The notes below the pieces were generated by a model, which searched no databases, was not told where the DNA came from, and worked only from the letters and a program-made list of their open reading frames with translations. A stretch of 64,000 nt of DNA from the human T2T-CHM13v2.0 reference genome, Homo sapiens. Location of the stretch: assembly GCF_009914755.1 (NCBI RefSeq), contig NC_060927.1; one strand, 5' to 3'. The position numbers were made by a program, and so were the translations under genes. This document shows, in pieces, positions 61,030-64,000 of this stretch (position 1 is the first letter of the stretch; every line of letters starts with the position of its first letter).

Positions 61030-62834
61030 TCAAGGAGTACGTTTCTATAATCAGTTGTTTGCTGGCTTAGGCGAATTCATTACAATATGGTTCTAATACA
61101 TGTGTAAGTTAGTTGGCTATAATGAAACTTTATGTTTGGTCTCCTTAGAAGTGAATCTAATGGGATAATAAACCACATCAATAACAGAAATGAGAAAGAG
61201 GATAGATGAGTTAGGAGAACAAGGTGGTTTGTGTCTGTCAAATGAGCAGTGGCTGAATCAGAGGTGCACCTGATGTACCAAGAATTATTTGAAAGTTTCC
61301 AGGCTGTCAGCCTCAGTATTAAGCAACTATACAAAAATCAGTGTTATTCAGTTAAGTAGGGCAGAACATTGGACTGGAAACCACAGAGCCAGGGTGAACA
61401 GCTCAGAACTACTGTGGGGTGGCACCTTCCTACCTCACAGGGAAGTGACAAATATCAGTGGAGAGGCACGTGCAGGTATGAAAGTGCTTTGTGTATCACT
61501 GATTCTTCTATAAGTGCCAGGTTTCATCATCACCATCATCATTATTGTCATAATCGTTCTTATACCCAAGTCATTTCCTACTACATACATCTTGGCTACT
61601 GTTTAAAACCAGTTCTCTGAGCAGTCAAGTGATCTAGGTACAAGAAGAGACTTGAAAATTAGTTGGTGGAAATGACATTTTAAAAAAAATAAAATTTGCA
61701 CAATGCCTTTTATAACTGCCTAAGCCAGGCTCATTGAGCATTTCAATTCACATAGACAGCTACTCTGTATTTTGGGTTTCCTTCAAATGACCCCAGCCAT
61801 TCTGATCGCAGAACACACAGGTTCATGAAAACATGAGAATCTGGCTGCTGTGACACAAATGAGCTCTCCTGTTGCAACAAACCAAAAGGAAGTCAAAGTC
61901 TGGTTCTTGATCTCTTTTCAAAAGGCCTGAATATGTTGTTCATGAAACAAATCATGGTAGCAAGGATCAGGGAAACAGCCATTCTCAGGCCCACTGTGTA
62001 AAACTATCAGTCACGACTAATCACATATAAGTATATATTCCAGGAGCAAGACACTTCAATATGGTGGAAAGTATTGCTCAGTGTGACGTCCTGTGTTTTC
62101 TGGTGAGGCAGAGGGTGGGATACGGACTCAAGGAGAAAGGAGGAAGCTTAATGCCTCGAGATTTAGAATAACCCAGATCTCTGAGATCCTAAACTACTAA
62201 ACGCGAGCATGTGGAGGGAAGTGTTTAATATGATTAGCAGACCTCTTGTTTCTGCCAAATAGAAATAATCACATACCTATTCACTTAATACCTATTCATT
62301 CATAAATACCTAAAAGGAGTCAGGTGTTGTGTTAAATGCTGGGGATAACAGCTGTCCACATGCACACATGGGCCCTGGCTTTATGGAGCTTTATATTCTA
62401 ATGAAAGACAAATAATGAAAAATAAATAAAAGCATGAAATAACGTCTTGTGCTAAAAAGGTGATGATGATCAAGGTTATGAAAAACTGTGATAAAGATTA
62501 TATGGAAGTGTTGGGAGCTACTTTAGATAAAGTGATGGGAGAAGCCCTCTCTCATAAGGAGACCTGAATGGGACTGAGCCAGCTGGGAAGAGCTGGGAAA
62601 GGACCATTCCAGGCAGAACGGACAGTAAATACAAAGGGCCTGAGGCAAGAAAAGGCTTGAAGCATTAAAGGAGCTCCATAAAAGCAGCCAGTGTGGCTAA
62701 AGCACCATCAGATGGAGGAGAGGAACATGAGACAAGTTTGGAGTGACCATAGCCACATTTTGCAGGCTATGCAGGCCAAGTTCAGGAGATTTAAAGGATA
62801 AAGGTTATTATTTTTTATATATATATAAAAAAAC

Positions 62835-62960
62835 TTTTTAGAGAATGGGGTCTCAATATGTTGCCCAGTCTGGACTCAAATGCCTGGGCTCAAGTGATCT
62901 TCCTGCCTCAGCCTCTCAAGCAGCCAGGACTACAGGTGGGTACCACCACACCCAACTTAG
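62835..62960 (-). mobile_element. Alu monomer (FLAM-like)
   Basis: Single diverged left-arm-like monomer. Confidence 0.75.
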
Positions 62961-63209
62961 GTTTTTAAATCTTAACATTTTAAAAAGGCAAAATCTGATT
63001 TCTGTTTTAAGGTATCATTCTAACTGCATATGTCTGTCATAATGTATAAACCACAATTTTTATGCTAAAGAGGTTAGTATTTGGAGAAATCAGTAGGCAT
63101 TTTGAAACATTTAAATAAATTTAAAAAGCCCCCAGTGGTCATCTGAAGATGAGTAAGTTAAGCAATGAATTTGGGATAAAAAAAAAATTCAAAGAACAAA
63201 ACAACCCTA

Positions 63210-63998
<789 letters not shown>

Positions 63999-64000
63999 GT

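Overview
Primate (very likely human) genomic DNA from the middle of MAGI1, a membrane-associated guanylate kinase with WW and PDZ domains, transcribed on the minus strand. Eight coding exons can be joined with GT-AG boundaries and matching phases: 63215-63835, 35113-35144, 24785-25001, 20784-20867, 17173-17264, 15518-15710, 12902-13195 and 9386-9589. They encode the end of PDZ1 through PDZ4 (PDZ0-5 numbering). The rest is intron, with many Alus, MIR/L2/L1 relics, MER elements and a near-full-length Tigger1. No prokaryotic-type system, CRISPR array or RNA gene is supported, and most listed ORFs are Alu- or chance-derived. The best unexplained signals concern splicing and isoforms. (1) A phase-0 donor at 35203 lies only about 17 nt from the branch point of the 32-nt exon. 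It ends an open frame (MARLPWNTWGLFFKEK) that would splice in frame to the next exon, suggesting an internal first exon or a mutually exclusive exon. (2) An exon-like CpG-rich block lies at 23654-23853. (3) A donor/RBFOX/QKI/poly(A) cluster lies at 11333-11568. (4) The PDZ4 exon has a distant branch point and a NAGNAG acceptor. These are inferences from sequence alone and may already be annotated. Repeat family names come from my recollection of consensus sequences, and their boundaries are approximate.
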